Shown piece after piece: positions 38,930-48,739 of a stretch of 64,000 nucleotides of DNA. The stretch is from contig CAWISW010000002.1 of assembly GCA_963838925.1 (NCBI GenBank), positions 192,001 through 256,000 on the forward strand, given 5' to 3'. Numbering within the stretch: the first letter of the stretch is position 1; each line of letters opens with the position of its first letter. Made by a program: the position numbers and the translations under genes. The DNA is from an uncultured Nitrososphaerota archaeon (GTDB lineage Archaea > Thermoproteota > Nitrososphaeria > Nitrososphaerales > Gagatemarchaeaceae). The notes under the pieces were generated by a model. It saw only the letters and a list, made by a program, of their open reading frames with translations, made no database searches and had not been told where the DNA came from.

Positions 38930-41900
38930 TTGGCGAAGCGTAGCGAAAGCGAGCTCGACCGGCTGCGGAAGACCGTCGCCTCCTACGTGAAGGGACTGAT
39001 AGTCCTCGGCCTTGCCGCGCAGACGCTCTCGTCCTCTGGCGGAAGCTACCTCGCCGTGTCCCGATTGATCGGCGCAGGCATAGCCCTCGCGAGCAGGCTT
39101 CAACGAGGCATCGTCGTCAGGGTGGTGGGCGCGCCGCTGGTCAGGCGCCGTCCGCGCCGCAGGTCAAGAGCCGAAGCTTCGGAGGAGTACCCCGAGCCCT
39201 CGGGCTCCGCGGCCGAGGGAGCCACTGCCCGGGACCAGGCCTCGACGGGGTGGGAGGAGGTCGTGCCGCCGTCGCTCGCTCTCGCAGAGATAGACAGCCA
39301 GCCCTTCTCACTTGCGAGGGCGCTCCCGTCGATCGTCGCCGCACAACAATCCACTTTCAGGGCACTGTCGTCAGTCAACGCCGCCGTCTCGCGCGCGGTA
39401 GGGGGCGCGGGATTCGCATCCAGCCCATCACGGGCACCGCCCAGCCTGACGGCCCTGGAGCAGGGTCAGAGGCCGAGCCCCGAAGCGTTCCCGGAGAACC
39501 AGGCGACGTCTTTCGCGGGTGGGATGCCAGCCCTCGCGGCGGGAGTCGCGTTCAGGGCGGCCGCCTCCTCGATGGCCTTCAACCTCAGCAGCGCCGCCCA
39601 CGAGATGACCAACATCGCGCTGGGCTCCCAGGCCGTCGGCGCGAACTTCGCGTCGCAGCAGCCCCGCGCGGCGAAGGAGGGAACCGGGTTCCTGCCCGCC
39701 TCTCCCGCCGCGCCCTCGCCTTCACTCGCACAACAGTCCATCACCGGGAACGTCGACACCACGTTCAAGGGCGCCCAGCCCAGCGGCGCGAACCTAGGAC
39801 TGGTCAGCAGCGCGGGAGGCGCGTCTCCACCGACGACCCAGGCCCCTGCAGCTCCTTCGGCGGCCCTTCCTCTCACCAGAGAGTCGAGCGGAGCCCCGGG
39901 TCTATCCGCGGAGGTCGGCGGGCCTGCTGCCGGTTCGCAGTCCGGGGGAGTCACCGCCGGAACTTCTTCGTCTGGGTCTGGCGTCGAGCTGAACGCGGGA
40001 CCTTACACGGTGCCGAACGGGTTCAACTCCGTCCTTGCCTCGCCGCCCGTTGCAGCTGCCAGCCGGCTCTCGATGCAGGTCCGGTCGCTCGCTGCCTCGG
40101 CGTCTTCCGGTCAACTTCCGATTCGCGCCTCTCAGGAACCCTCCCACTCCGGAAGTCCGACCCAGGCTCTATCGGTCGTCCCCGAGCAATACCCTTCCAC
40201 ATATCCCGTGGGGGCTGCCTACTCGGTGAGCAGTCTGGTCGCGTCGCTCGGGCTCGGCCAGACCGGCCGCCCTGAGGCGCCCGCCTCCGCGCAGGAGGAG
40301 GCCGCTGCGCGGCTCACCCCGGAGGAGGCGCCGGGCGCCGAGGATGCCACAAGGACCTCGCGAGGGGCTTTCGTCGGCGAGCCGTTGGAGGCGCGGGGCG
40401 CTGGGATTGGGGGAGGGCCGTCTTCTCCAGAGGAAACAGCCCTCGGCGGGCCGCAGGTGTATGCCGAAGAGGGGGGCGCAGTCGCTTCCTCAAGCGATGC
40501 GCGCATCTCTAACGCCCAGCCGGTCGCCTCAAGGGGAGAGTTCGCATCGTTCGCTCCCGTGTTTGGCAAAAGGTGGCTCCAGTCCATAGCCGAGGCTGCG
40601 AGCATTGGGGGTGCCATGCTCGGAATGCTGACTGGCTCAGCCGCTTTGCCCTGGGACGGCACCTGGATACAGAAAGTCGGAGCGGAGGCCCGACCAACAC
40701 TCCCCTCTCGAAGCGTTTCGGGTCAAGCGATCGCGCCTCCGAGTTCTGCGGTGGGTGGCGGCCGAATCCTCGGACGAGGGGCAATCGTTCCCGAGGCGCA
40801 AGCGGCCCCCGAGGCCCGCGCGACCCAGCTTTCTAGCACCGTGTCAGGTCAACCTATCGCACCCTCGAGCTCAGGGGTGGATGGGAGCCGAGCATCTGGA
40901 AGGCGGGAATTGATTCCAGAGGTCGAGGCAGCCCCCGCGGGCACAGCTACGTCGCCAAGCGCGACTCCAGCTTCAACCGAGGTTCCGCGGGGAACCGAGT
41001 GGAGAGACTTGGCGAAGCGGGAAGAGGACATCTCGCCGACCTCGGGCCGGAACGTCCCCGCCCGGCCTCAGGAGCCGGAGTCCTCCCAGGCACCCCACCG
41101 GCAAGCCGGAATCTCGACCTGGGAGGCCGCCACGCTTCTTCCCGGGATCCTCACGCCGTCACTGTCCGCCGCCTTGTCCGCGCAAGCCCCCCCATCGCCA
41201 TCGGCAAGCCTGGACCTAAACTCCCGACCTGCCGTTTCAATCTCGACATCCGGCCTGGGGCTCGAAGGGGAGACCGCGCCAAGGCAGAGCTTCGATGCGC
41301 TCCGGCTCGCTGCTTCCCTAAGATCGGCACTTCTAGGCGTCTCCGCCAGCCTCATGGGTGCAAGGACCACCCTCCCCGCGGAGTCAGCCATGAAGCCGAC
41401 CCTCCGTCCGCAACTGGCTCAATATCTCGAGGCCACGGCCGGGAGGGGCCCCGGGACGTTCGTCAGTACCGGCGCCTCCGGCGTCTCGCGGAGGGTCGAC
41501 AGCTTCGAGCTCTCAAGAGCCCAGCGGGCACGCGAAGCCTTCCAGGGGCCCACGGAGGTCGCCTCATTCGCGACCACAAACCTTGCTGCACTTCAGGCCG
41601 CTTTCGTCTCACGCGGCTTGATCCCGGGCGGTGCGGTCGGGCGAGCGGGGAGCGCCCCCTCACTCACCATCGAGGCAGCAGGCGGGGAGGGCCAGAAGGC
41701 CACGCCGGGAACTCTTGCACCGGCCTCGCGCTCACCGCTAGCCCGGCGCGCCCTCGGCCAGTCGTCGGCGGCTCCTGAGCTGTCCTCTAGAGAGCTGGAG
41801 GAGCGAGCCCACGCGACGAACGCCGGGCGGGATCATTCCGCTTCCAGGGGTGTCTCCCCAACCAGCGAGAGAGATCTCGAGGCCGTGCTGGCATCCCTGT

Positions 41901-42304
41901 CTCGAGAGGGCCGCGGGAACGCCGAGGGGGTCTTCTTCGGCCTAGAGGCGGTCGCGCATGCCCTTTCGCTCGCTGCCAGGCTTCCGTCAGCCGCGCAGCT
42001 TAACGGCGCTCTCGCACCGATGCCCTCGAGGACCAGGGCGCCTGCCAAGGGCACGGCCCCAGCAAGGCAGGCAGCGAGGGAGGGCTCCTCGGAGGTCGGT
42101 TTCACGGCAGAGCCGTCCCGCCAGTCCGCCGAGGGCTGGAGGTCTGTCCCCGAAGAGTCAATCTCAAGGATGCTCGGAGAGCCGTCAGGCCGGCCAACGC
42201 CCCCCGCCCAAGACGCCGCTGTGGAACCTGACGACCGCGAGCTCCGGAGGAAGATCGAGAGGATCATCGACGAGGACCTTAGGAGGTACGGGTACCAGCC
42301 ATGA
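38930..42304 (+). CDS. 1124-aa Ala/Ser/Pro-rich low-complexity protein in tape-measure position
   Basis: Follows the TAC genes; helical-looking N- and C-termini (ELRRKIERIIDEDLRRYG) around a disorder-prone core. Confidence 0.65.
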   Translation: MAKRSESELDRLRKTVASYVKGLIVLGLAAQTLSSSGGSYLAVSRLIGAGIALASRLQRGIVVRVVGAPLVRRRPRRRSRAEASEEYPEPSGSAAEGATARDQASTGWEEVVPPSLALAEIDSQPFSLARALPSIVAAQQSTFRALSSVNAAVSRAVGGAGFASSPSRAPPSLTALEQGQRPSPEAFPENQATSFAGGMPALAAGVAFRAAASSMAFNLSSAAHEMTNIALGSQAVGANFASQQPRAAKEGTGFLPASPAAPSPSLAQQSITGNVDTTFKGAQPSGANLGLVSSAGGASPPTTQAPAAPSAALPLTRESSGAPGLSAEVGGPAAGSQSGGVTAGTSSSGSGVELNAGPYTVPNGFNSVLASPPVAAASRLSMQVRSLAASASSGQLPIRASQEPSHSGSPTQALSVVPEQYPSTYPVGAAYSVSSLVASLGLGQTGRPEAPASAQEEAAARLTPEEAPGAEDATRTSRGAFVGEPLEARGAGIGGGPSSPEETALGGPQVYAEEGGAVASSSDARISNAQPVASRGEFASFAPVFGKRWLQSIAEAASIGGAMLGMLTGSAALPWDGTWIQKVGAEARPTLPSRSVSGQAIAPPSSAVGGGRILGRGAIVPEAQAAPEARATQLSSTVSGQPIAPSSSGVDGSRASGRRELIPEVEAAPAGTATSPSATPASTEVPRGTEWRDLAKREEDISPTSGRNVPARPQEPESSQAPHRQAGISTWEAATLLPGILTPSLSAALSAQAPPSPSASLDLNSRPAVSISTSGLGLEGETAPRQSFDALRLAASLRSALLGVSASLMGARTTLPAESAMKPTLRPQLAQYLEATAGRGPGTFVSTGASGVSRRVDSFELSRAQRAREAFQGPTEVASFATTNLAALQAAFVSRGLIPGGAVGRAGSAPSLTIEAAGGEGQKATPGTLAPASRSPLARRALGQSSAAPELSSRELEERAHATNAGRDHSASRGVSPTSERDLEAVLASLSREGRGNAEGVFFGLEAVAHALSLAARLPSAAQLNGALAPMPSRTRAPAKGTAPARQAAREGSSEVGFTAEPSRQSAEGWRSVPEESISRMLGEPSGRPTPPAQDAAVEPDDRELRRKIERIIDEDLRRYGYQP
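40715..40936 (+). repeat. Imperfect 42-aa (126-nt period) tandem duplication
   Basis: VSGQAIAPPSSAVGGGRILGRGAIVPEAQAAP vs VSGQPIAPSSSGVDGSRASGRRELIPEVEAAP. Confidence 0.7.
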
Positions 42305-44481
42305 GCATCACCCTCGACGACATGGAGCTGGTGGCTCGCGACGAGGGCGACCCCGGGACCGTCAACGAGTTCAGGACCGTGAACCGGATATTCCTCAAGG
42401 GCAAGAGGCGCCTCGTCGAGACGAGGACGGCCGGCGCCGAAGGCAGCATCTTCGAGGACACGGGGAGAAGGGCCGCCGTCGTCGCCATCGAGGGCGAGAT
42501 GGTCGGGAAGACCGCGAGGACCAGCCTCGCCTCGCTGAAGACCAAGTACGACTCCAGCGAGCCCGTCTCGTTCTCCTCCGACATCTCTACCCTGGCGAAC
42601 ATCAGCCAGGTGGTCGTCGAGCGGCTCAGCATCCGCCAGCTGGCGGGGAAGGTCGACCACTACGAGTTCGCCATGACCCTCAAGGAGTACGTCTCCTCCG
42701 AAGCCCAGGACTCTTCGCCGCTTTCCCAGCTTGGCGATGCCTCCGCCGCGGTGGACGCGGTCGCCGCCGGTGAGCTCACCTCCGCGCTCGCCGACAGCGT
42801 CGACTCCAGCTTCGCCAGCGTCGAGGCGCTGAAGAACGCCGCCGAGCTTGACGTGCCCTCCCTCCTGAGCGACGCCAAGGGGCTGCTCGACGACGTGAAG
42901 GGCGCGGCCGCGGCCGAGATGGACGCCGCCGTGGAGGCAGCAGAGGAGAGCGCGAAGGAGGCGGAGGAAGCCGCCGAGCAGGCCTTCGACGAGGTGGTCA
43001 AGGTGGCGGAGGACTCCACCGAGGAGGTCCAGCAGGAGCTGGAGGCGACCGTCGAGAAGAGCAGGACCCTCCTGCAGGGGGTAATCGACGCCCTCCAGAG
43101 CGCCATAGACAAGGTGAACGAGGTCACCGACCGCATAGAGACGGATGTCCTCGAGAAGGCCCAGCAGTACGTCAAGGAGGCAGAGGACAAGCTCACAGGC
43201 CAGATCCGAGACACCGTCAACGAGGCGAGCAGCAAGCTCCAGGAGCTCATGGACGCGGGGAAGGAGCAGACCGACAAGGTCTTCGCTCTCATCCAAGATG
43301 TCATCGACAAGCTAGCCGCCGCGAAGGCTCAGATCGAGGCAAAGCTCGACTCGGCTAGCGAGAGCGCGGACGACCTCCTTGACAAAGCCACCGAGATGAA
43401 GTCGAGCCTCGAGCAGACCTTGGACGACGTCTTCCAAAAGGCCGCAGACGCGCTCGAGAAGGTCCGGGGGATCTCAGACCAGATGGCGGGCGCGGGAGAG
43501 GCCATCCAGGGGATCATCGACAAGTGCACGCAGTTCAAGCTTGACAAGGCCGCGGGCGCTGCGAAGAGCGCCAAGGACCTCCTCGAGAAGGCCGCGTCGA
43601 CCGCCGCCGAGGCGGTCTCGACGGTCACCGGGGCGCTCACTGACGCCAAGGGCCAGTACGAGGACATCAAGAGCACCCTCGACGGCGCCCTCGACGACCT
43701 CCGCGACGCCAAGGCGAAGGGCATCGAAGCGGTCAAGGGCGCGCTCGACAAGGTACAGAGCAAGGTGCTCGAGGTCCAGGCCACCGCGCAGAAGTTCGTG
43801 GACGACCTGTTCCAGAAGGCCAACGACCTTGTAACCGGGATCCAGCAGACGGTTCTGGCGACGCTCGACCAGCTCGTGGCCGACATCGACAAGATAGTCG
43901 AGACCGTGAAGGAGGGGATCCAGCAGGTACTCGAGGTCGCGCGGAAGACCGCCGTGGACGTGCTCACGCAGGCCCAAGACGCAGTGAGGGGGATCGAGGC
44001 GACCATCGAGAGCATCGGCCCCAAGCTCCAGGCCGAGAAGGACAAGGTAATCGCGCTGGTCACCGGGGCGAAGGAGCAGCTGGAGAAGGCGAAGGACGCC
44101 GTCACGACAGCCCTATCGAAGGTCAAAGAGGCCAAGGACAACGTGAGCGTCGGAGCGATAACCGACGCGATAAGCGCCATCAAGGACGCGGTGAAGGTTG
44201 TCAAGGACGCCGCCCAGTGGGCCACCCAGGCCGCGAAGGACGCTCAGGGCATACTCACGGCCGCCCTGGCGATTGCCGACGAGGTCAAGAAAGCGGCGAT
44301 GGACATGGCCGCGGCCTTCGAGAAGGCAGCCCAGGCCGTGAAGAGCGCAGCCGAGCAGGTCGCGGAGATTGCCGAGACGACCGCATCGTCCGTGGCGGAC
44401 CAGGCGAAGGGCGCCGCGGGAGACCTCGGCCAGGGCGTCGACAGCGTCACCGCAAAGGGGAAGGGAGCCCTTGGGAGTTAA
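42301..44481 (+). CDS. Tube-initiator-like (Mu gpN/DNA_circ_N-like) domain plus ~590-aa amphipathic helical region
   Basis: N-terminal ~130 aa is paralogous to 45060; the rest is A/D/E/K/Q-rich, nearly Pro-free and apolipoprotein-like. Confidence 0.7.
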   Translation: MSITLDDMELVARDEGDPGTVNEFRTVNRIFLKGKRRLVETRTAGAEGSIFEDTGRRAAVVAIEGEMVGKTARTSLASLKTKYDSSEPVSFSSDISTLANISQVVVERLSIRQLAGKVDHYEFAMTLKEYVSSEAQDSSPLSQLGDASAAVDAVAAGELTSALADSVDSSFASVEALKNAAELDVPSLLSDAKGLLDDVKGAAAAEMDAAVEAAEESAKEAEEAAEQAFDEVVKVAEDSTEEVQQELEATVEKSRTLLQGVIDALQSAIDKVNEVTDRIETDVLEKAQQYVKEAEDKLTGQIRDTVNEASSKLQELMDAGKEQTDKVFALIQDVIDKLAAAKAQIEAKLDSASESADDLLDKATEMKSSLEQTLDDVFQKAADALEKVRGISDQMAGAGEAIQGIIDKCTQFKLDKAAGAAKSAKDLLEKAASTAAEAVSTVTGALTDAKGQYEDIKSTLDGALDDLRDAKAKGIEAVKGALDKVQSKVLEVQATAQKFVDDLFQKANDLVTGIQQTVLATLDQLVADIDKIVETVKEGIQQVLEVARKTAVDVLTQAQDAVRGIEATIESIGPKLQAEKDKVIALVTGAKEQLEKAKDAVTTALSKVKEAKDNVSVGAITDAISAIKDAVKVVKDAAQWATQAAKDAQGILTAALAIADEVKKAAMDMAAAFEKAAQAVKSAAEQVAEIAETTASSVADQAKGAAGDLGQGVDSVTAKGKGALGS

Positions 44482-45076
44482 GCAGTCCTCGGACTCCGTC
44501 GCCTCCAAGGGGAGCGACGCGAGCAGCAAGGCCGACGACGCCGGTCAGCACGCGCAGAACGCCGACAACCTGCAGAAGCTCCAGCCCCCGGTCGACAAGG
44601 TGAACCAGACCGTCCAGAAGGCAGTCCCTCCCGCGCTCAGCGCCATCCAGACTGCCTTCGCTACCGCGCTCCAGGCGAGGAACCTCGCCCAGGCCGCGAG
44701 GATAACGCAAAGCCCCGCACAGCTCATGGTCGCCCAGGCGATGGTCGGAGGGGCGCTCGCCTCGGCACAGGCGGCCGCGGCGCAGATAGGCCAGTCCAAG
44801 GCCCTGGTGAGCGGGGCCAAGTCCATGATCCAGGGCGCGGCGGCCACGGCCAAGTCCGCGTCGGACCAGGCCAAGTCCAAGGCCAAGGAGGGCTCGGACA
44901 AGGCGAAGGCAGCAGAGGAGGGGGCGAAGGGCCAGGCGGACCAGGCGAGGTCACAGGCGAGCGAGCAGACAGAGGCTGCGAAAGGCAAGGCGCAGGCCGC
45001 GCAATCTCAGGCGACCGAGGGCGCGACGGCCGCGAAATCCCAGGGCGAGGGAGCACTAGATGGAAGTAAAGCTTGA
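44471..45076 (+). CDS. Ala/Gln/Lys-rich helical hypothetical protein
   Basis: Likely TTG start at 44471 after GGGAAGGGAG; overlaps both neighbours. Confidence 0.6.
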   Translation: MGVKQSSDSVASKGSDASSKADDAGQHAQNADNLQKLQPPVDKVNQTVQKAVPPALSAIQTAFATALQARNLAQAARITQSPAQLMVAQAMVGGALASAQAAAAQIGQSKALVSGAKSMIQGAAATAKSASDQAKSKAKEGSDKAKAAEEGAKGQADQARSQASEQTEAAKGKAQAAQSQATEGATAAKSQGEGALDGSKA

Positions 45077-45815
45077 CGACATCGACCTCGTGAAGCGGAC
45101 GCAGTCCTCCGCGACCTCGCCCCTCAGCGAGGTGAGGACGGTCTACGACGTCCACGTCGAGGGGAAGAGGAGCATCGTTGAGCTGAAGGTCCCCGGGTCG
45201 AGCGGGAACGTCCTCCAGGACATGGGCAGGGAGCCCATCACCATCCTCATCAAGGGAGAGGTCTGGGGCCCCGACGCCAAGGCCACGGTAACTTCGCTAA
45301 AGGCCAAGTCGGACACGGGGGACTCGGTCTCCTTCACCTCGGACCTCCTCGCCGCAGCCTCTGTGAGCGAGGTCATCGTCGAAGAACTCCAGGTGGACCA
45401 GATCGCCGGCAACCCGACGAGATATCGCTACCTCATGCTGCTGCGGGAGTTCAAGGAGGGAGGAGAGGCGACCGAGGGCGCGGCGAGCGAGACCGACGAG
45501 ATAGCGGAGCAGGAGGCCCGGGACCAAGCGGCTCAGGACGCGGCCGACGAGGCTGCCAAGGAGGGCGAGATACACGACATCCGGGTCCAGCTCCGGGACC
45601 ACGCGGGAGCCCTCATCCCGGAGGTCGAAGTGACCATCGAGGGGCCCGATGGGACTAACAAGTCGAAGACCGACGAGGAGGGCTACGTGGTCGTGAAGGA
45701 CGCCAAGGAGGGCACCTACGACATCTCGGTCTCTGACGACAGGTTCGGCGACGTCAGGGTGCAGGTCGAGGTGAAGAAGAAGGCGGGCGACCAAGGGGAG
45801 GAGGCCGGGGCATGA
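45060..45815 (+). CDS. Second tube-initiator-like domain plus C-terminal prealbumin/carboxypeptidase-regulatory-like domain
   Basis: R.IVE.KVPG..G.VLQDMGR; C-terminal TDEEG......GTY.I.V. Confidence 0.7.
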   Translation: MEVKLDDIDLVKRTQSSATSPLSEVRTVYDVHVEGKRSIVELKVPGSSGNVLQDMGREPITILIKGEVWGPDAKATVTSLKAKSDTGDSVSFTSDLLAAASVSEVIVEELQVDQIAGNPTRYRYLMLLREFKEGGEATEGAASETDEIAEQEARDQAAQDAADEAAKEGEIHDIRVQLRDHAGALIPEVEVTIEGPDGTNKSKTDEEGYVVVKDAKEGTYDISVSDDRFGDVRVQVEVKKKAGDQGEEAGA

Positions 45816-47578
45816 GCGCCACCCAGCTCGCCACCACTAGCGTGGAGGAGCTCGGGAGCGGGGGCATCTTTACGACCGCGGTGACCATAGAGGCGCCCGC
45901 GCCCGGCTTCCTCTGCGTGAAGGTTGTCACCGACAAGCTCCTGAAGGAGCAGAAGGGGCTCACCGTCAAGTTCTATCCGAGCGACACCTCTGGCGCCATC
46001 AGGGGCGACCAGATAGGGGAGGACGCGACGACCGACGAGAAGGGCGTGGCAGGCGTAGACAAGAGGCTCCCGCCCGGGTACTTCGCCTGCGTGGTGGACG
46101 GAATGACGGTAAGGGTCCGCCCCATCGACGTGCAGACCTACGCGGAGGCCTCGGAGAACCCCTACCCGCTGGGGCTGCCCCGAGGGTTCCTCGCCGTCAA
46201 GCTGCTCTTCAGGAACCTCCCCATCCCGAACTTCAAGGTGAGCTTCTTCGAAACGGGCGAGGACGGGGCCAAGAAGGGCGCCGCCCTCGGGAGCGCCCCC
46301 GGCGCCGACAAGGGACTCCCGACCGACAAGAACGGTGAGGTCGCATTGGTGGGCGACGAGTTCAAGCTCGGAAACTATCTCTGCGAGCTCGAGGGCAAGT
46401 GGGTCGCTGCCGTCAGCACCGTAGAAGACACGGCGCGCCCCTACGTGCTCATGCTCCCGCTGGTCAGGCCGCTCATCGCCTACCAGAGCCCCGGGAGGAT
46501 AGAAGGGGAGGTCGAAGTCCCCGAGCTACCAGACGCCTCGAGCGGATGCCTCTCAGTCAAGGTGCTCTTCAGGGACCTTCCCGTCGTCGGGCGCAACGTG
46601 ACCTTCTACGCAGGCGACAAGGACGGCAAGGCGGCGGCCGACCAGCCGAAGGGGGAGGCAATCACCGACAACGAAGGGGTCGCCGCCCTCTCCGACAAGG
46701 CGATTCTGGGGAACTACTTCTGCCAGGTCGAGGGGGTGGCGGGGTTTGCCTCGGTCGGGACCGTCGAGGATCCGAAGCTCCCGTACGTCGTCTCGCTCCC
46801 GCTAGTCCGGCCTTTCATAGCGCACCAGAAGCCCGGCGACATCAAGTCCCTGGAGGTCGTGGAGCGGCCCGACGGCTCTTACGGCTTCCTGTGCGTGCGG
46901 GTGCTCTTCCGAGGCGTCCCCCTGACGGGCGCCAAGGTGAGCTTCTTCCAGTCCGGCCCGGACGGGACTCCCCTGACGCGAGAGGGGTCAGCCGGGGAAG
47001 CTATCACAGACAACCAGGGGGTCGCCGCCCTGGGCTCGAAGGCCGCGCTCGGGAACTACTTCTGCCAGGTCGACGGCCAGCCCGGGTTCGCCTCGATCAG
47101 CACCGTCGAGGACACCAAGGAGCCCTACGCGATTCTTCTGCCGGTGGGGCGGGCGCTCCTCACCGTGAGAGAGCCAGGAAGGATCGAGCCGGTGTCGAGC
47201 CCCGTCGACGAGCGGCCCTCCGAAGCCGGAGCCTACCTCTCGGTCATGGTCCTCTTCAGGAACGTACCCGCGCGGGGCCTCAACGTGCTCTTCTTCGCCG
47301 CGACTCCCAACGGGACAGCGGACCTTGCCCAGCAAAAAGGCGAGGCGGTTACGGACAACCTGGGGATCGCGGCGATGGAGAACCCCGCGAAGCTAGGGAA
47401 CTACTTCTGCCAAGTGGAGGGGCACGCAGGGTACGTCTCGATCAGCACGGTGGAGGACAAGGACCTGCCCTACGTGGTGAACCTGCCCCAAGGGCGACCA
47501 TACCTAGCCCTGGGCAAGCCCGGCGCCATCCCTCAGCTGAAGGAAGTCGAGGAGCGCGACCCGCCCGAGGAAAAGTAG
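45812..47578 (+). CDS. Five-repeat beta-sandwich protein (candidate fibre/adaptor)
   Basis: Five ~95-120-aa repeats: L.V..LFR..P....V.F......GEA.TD..G.A......GNYFCQV.G.....TVED...PY...LP. Confidence 0.75.
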   Translation: MSATQLATTSVEELGSGGIFTTAVTIEAPAPGFLCVKVVTDKLLKEQKGLTVKFYPSDTSGAIRGDQIGEDATTDEKGVAGVDKRLPPGYFACVVDGMTVRVRPIDVQTYAEASENPYPLGLPRGFLAVKLLFRNLPIPNFKVSFFETGEDGAKKGAALGSAPGADKGLPTDKNGEVALVGDEFKLGNYLCELEGKWVAAVSTVEDTARPYVLMLPLVRPLIAYQSPGRIEGEVEVPELPDASSGCLSVKVLFRDLPVVGRNVTFYAGDKDGKAAADQPKGEAITDNEGVAALSDKAILGNYFCQVEGVAGFASVGTVEDPKLPYVVSLPLVRPFIAHQKPGDIKSLEVVERPDGSYGFLCVRVLFRGVPLTGAKVSFFQSGPDGTPLTREGSAGEAITDNQGVAALGSKAALGNYFCQVDGQPGFASISTVEDTKEPYAILLPVGRALLTVREPGRIEPVSSPVDERPSEAGAYLSVMVLFRNVPARGLNVLFFAATPNGTADLAQQKGEAVTDNLGIAAMENPAKLGNYFCQVEGHAGYVSISTVEDKDLPYVVNLPQGRPYLALGKPGAIPQLKEVEERDPPEEK

Positions 47579-47649
47579 CGGCTCTCGCCGAGAGAAGAAT
47601 TATAACCTCAAGAGAGGCGGAACCAAGCGGATTGTCCTCGTCCAAGGCC

Positions 47650-48666
47650 ATGGGAATCCACACTCTCATCAGGTCCAGCGACGTCAAGGACTACTTCAAG
47701 AGCGACGAAGAGTTCGACGACGTCTACGACAAGGCCGAGAACTACAGGGAGAAGATCCGCATCGCGGTCATCGACGAAGGCGTCCACAAGGACGCCGGTC
47801 TCCCGGACGTCCCGAAGGACGGATACCTCTCGGCCCGCTGCGTCAGCCACGTGGTCTCCTCTGGGATCGCCGAGTTCAACGAAAAGTCGATAAGCCACGG
47901 GACTCGCGTAGCCGCGATAGCGGTCTGGGGCAACCCCTGCCTTAACCTCCTGGACTATAGGGTAAGGACTCAGGCCGCGGTAGGTTCGATAGGGGCCCGG
48001 GAGGCGGACAAAGAAGTGCCGCTCGTGAAGACGGCGATGGAGGCGGCCGTCAAGGCCGAGGCATCGGTGATCGTCTCCGCGCTCGCCACCGAGAACAAGA
48101 AGAAGGTCTACAAGGACAACGGCGTCGACAAGCTCATCACCGACAACCCCAACGTCCTCTTCGTGTTCGGCGCTGGGAACAACGGCAGAGACCTCGACTC
48201 GTACGACGTCTGCCCAGCCGGCCTAGGCCCGGCTGACAACATGGTGATTGTGGGTGGCTGCAGCTCTCTCTTCGCGACCTCGGCGGCCCCGGACACCGGA
48301 GGGTCCGACATCCAGTTCGGCTTCGGAGGGAAGACGGTGGACGTTGCGAGCTTCGCCGACAACCTCACCCTCTACGACCCGGGACTCCGCTATTACTACG
48401 CCCAAGCCGCCGGGATGGACGTCGCCAAGATACCGCTCCTACCGGCCACCGACACGGGAGTCTCCTTCGCAATCCCGCAAGTCGCGAACGTCTGCGCCAA
48501 GATGCTCGCGATCAACTCACACTTGCGACCCAAGGACGTGAAGTACCTCATCAGGGAGACCGGCACAGACGCGAGAGGCCCCCTCGCGAGCGCGAACATC
48601 ACCAAAGGGACCATCGCTCCAAAGTCCTGCTACCTCGCGGCGGTCAAGTATGAGCCAGAGTCGTAG
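47650..48666 (+). CDS. Subtilase (S8) serine protease, candidate CIS cargo
   Basis: Triad motifs IAVIDEG, HGTRVA, GVSFA.P.VA and oxyanion GAGN; no signal peptide; true start ATG 47650. Confidence 0.85.
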   Translation: MGIHTLIRSSDVKDYFKSDEEFDDVYDKAENYREKIRIAVIDEGVHKDAGLPDVPKDGYLSARCVSHVVSSGIAEFNEKSISHGTRVAAIAVWGNPCLNLLDYRVRTQAAVGSIGAREADKEVPLVKTAMEAAVKAEASVIVSALATENKKKVYKDNGVDKLITDNPNVLFVFGAGNNGRDLDSYDVCPAGLGPADNMVIVGGCSSLFATSAAPDTGGSDIQFGFGGKTVDVASFADNLTLYDPGLRYYYAQAAGMDVAKIPLLPATDTGVSFAIPQVANVCAKMLAINSHLRPKDVKYLIRETGTDARGPLASANITKGTIAPKSCYLAAVKYEPES

Positions 48667-48739
48667 AAGCGGGCGCTGGACGAGGACCGGCGCCTCCGTG
48701 AAAAGAAATAAGAACTCTCAGGGACTCCGGGTGAACTGA

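Noticed and set aside
44369-44481. Programmed frameshift fusing the 42301 and 44471 helical ORFs
   Set aside because: A TTG start with a purine-rich RBS and short overlap explains the arrangement; no clear slippery heptamer.
46399-47649. 755-aa ORF as a large protease fusion
   Set aside because: The first ~417 aa are an Arg/Gly-rich off-frame shadow of the repeat gene; the protease starts at ATG 47650.
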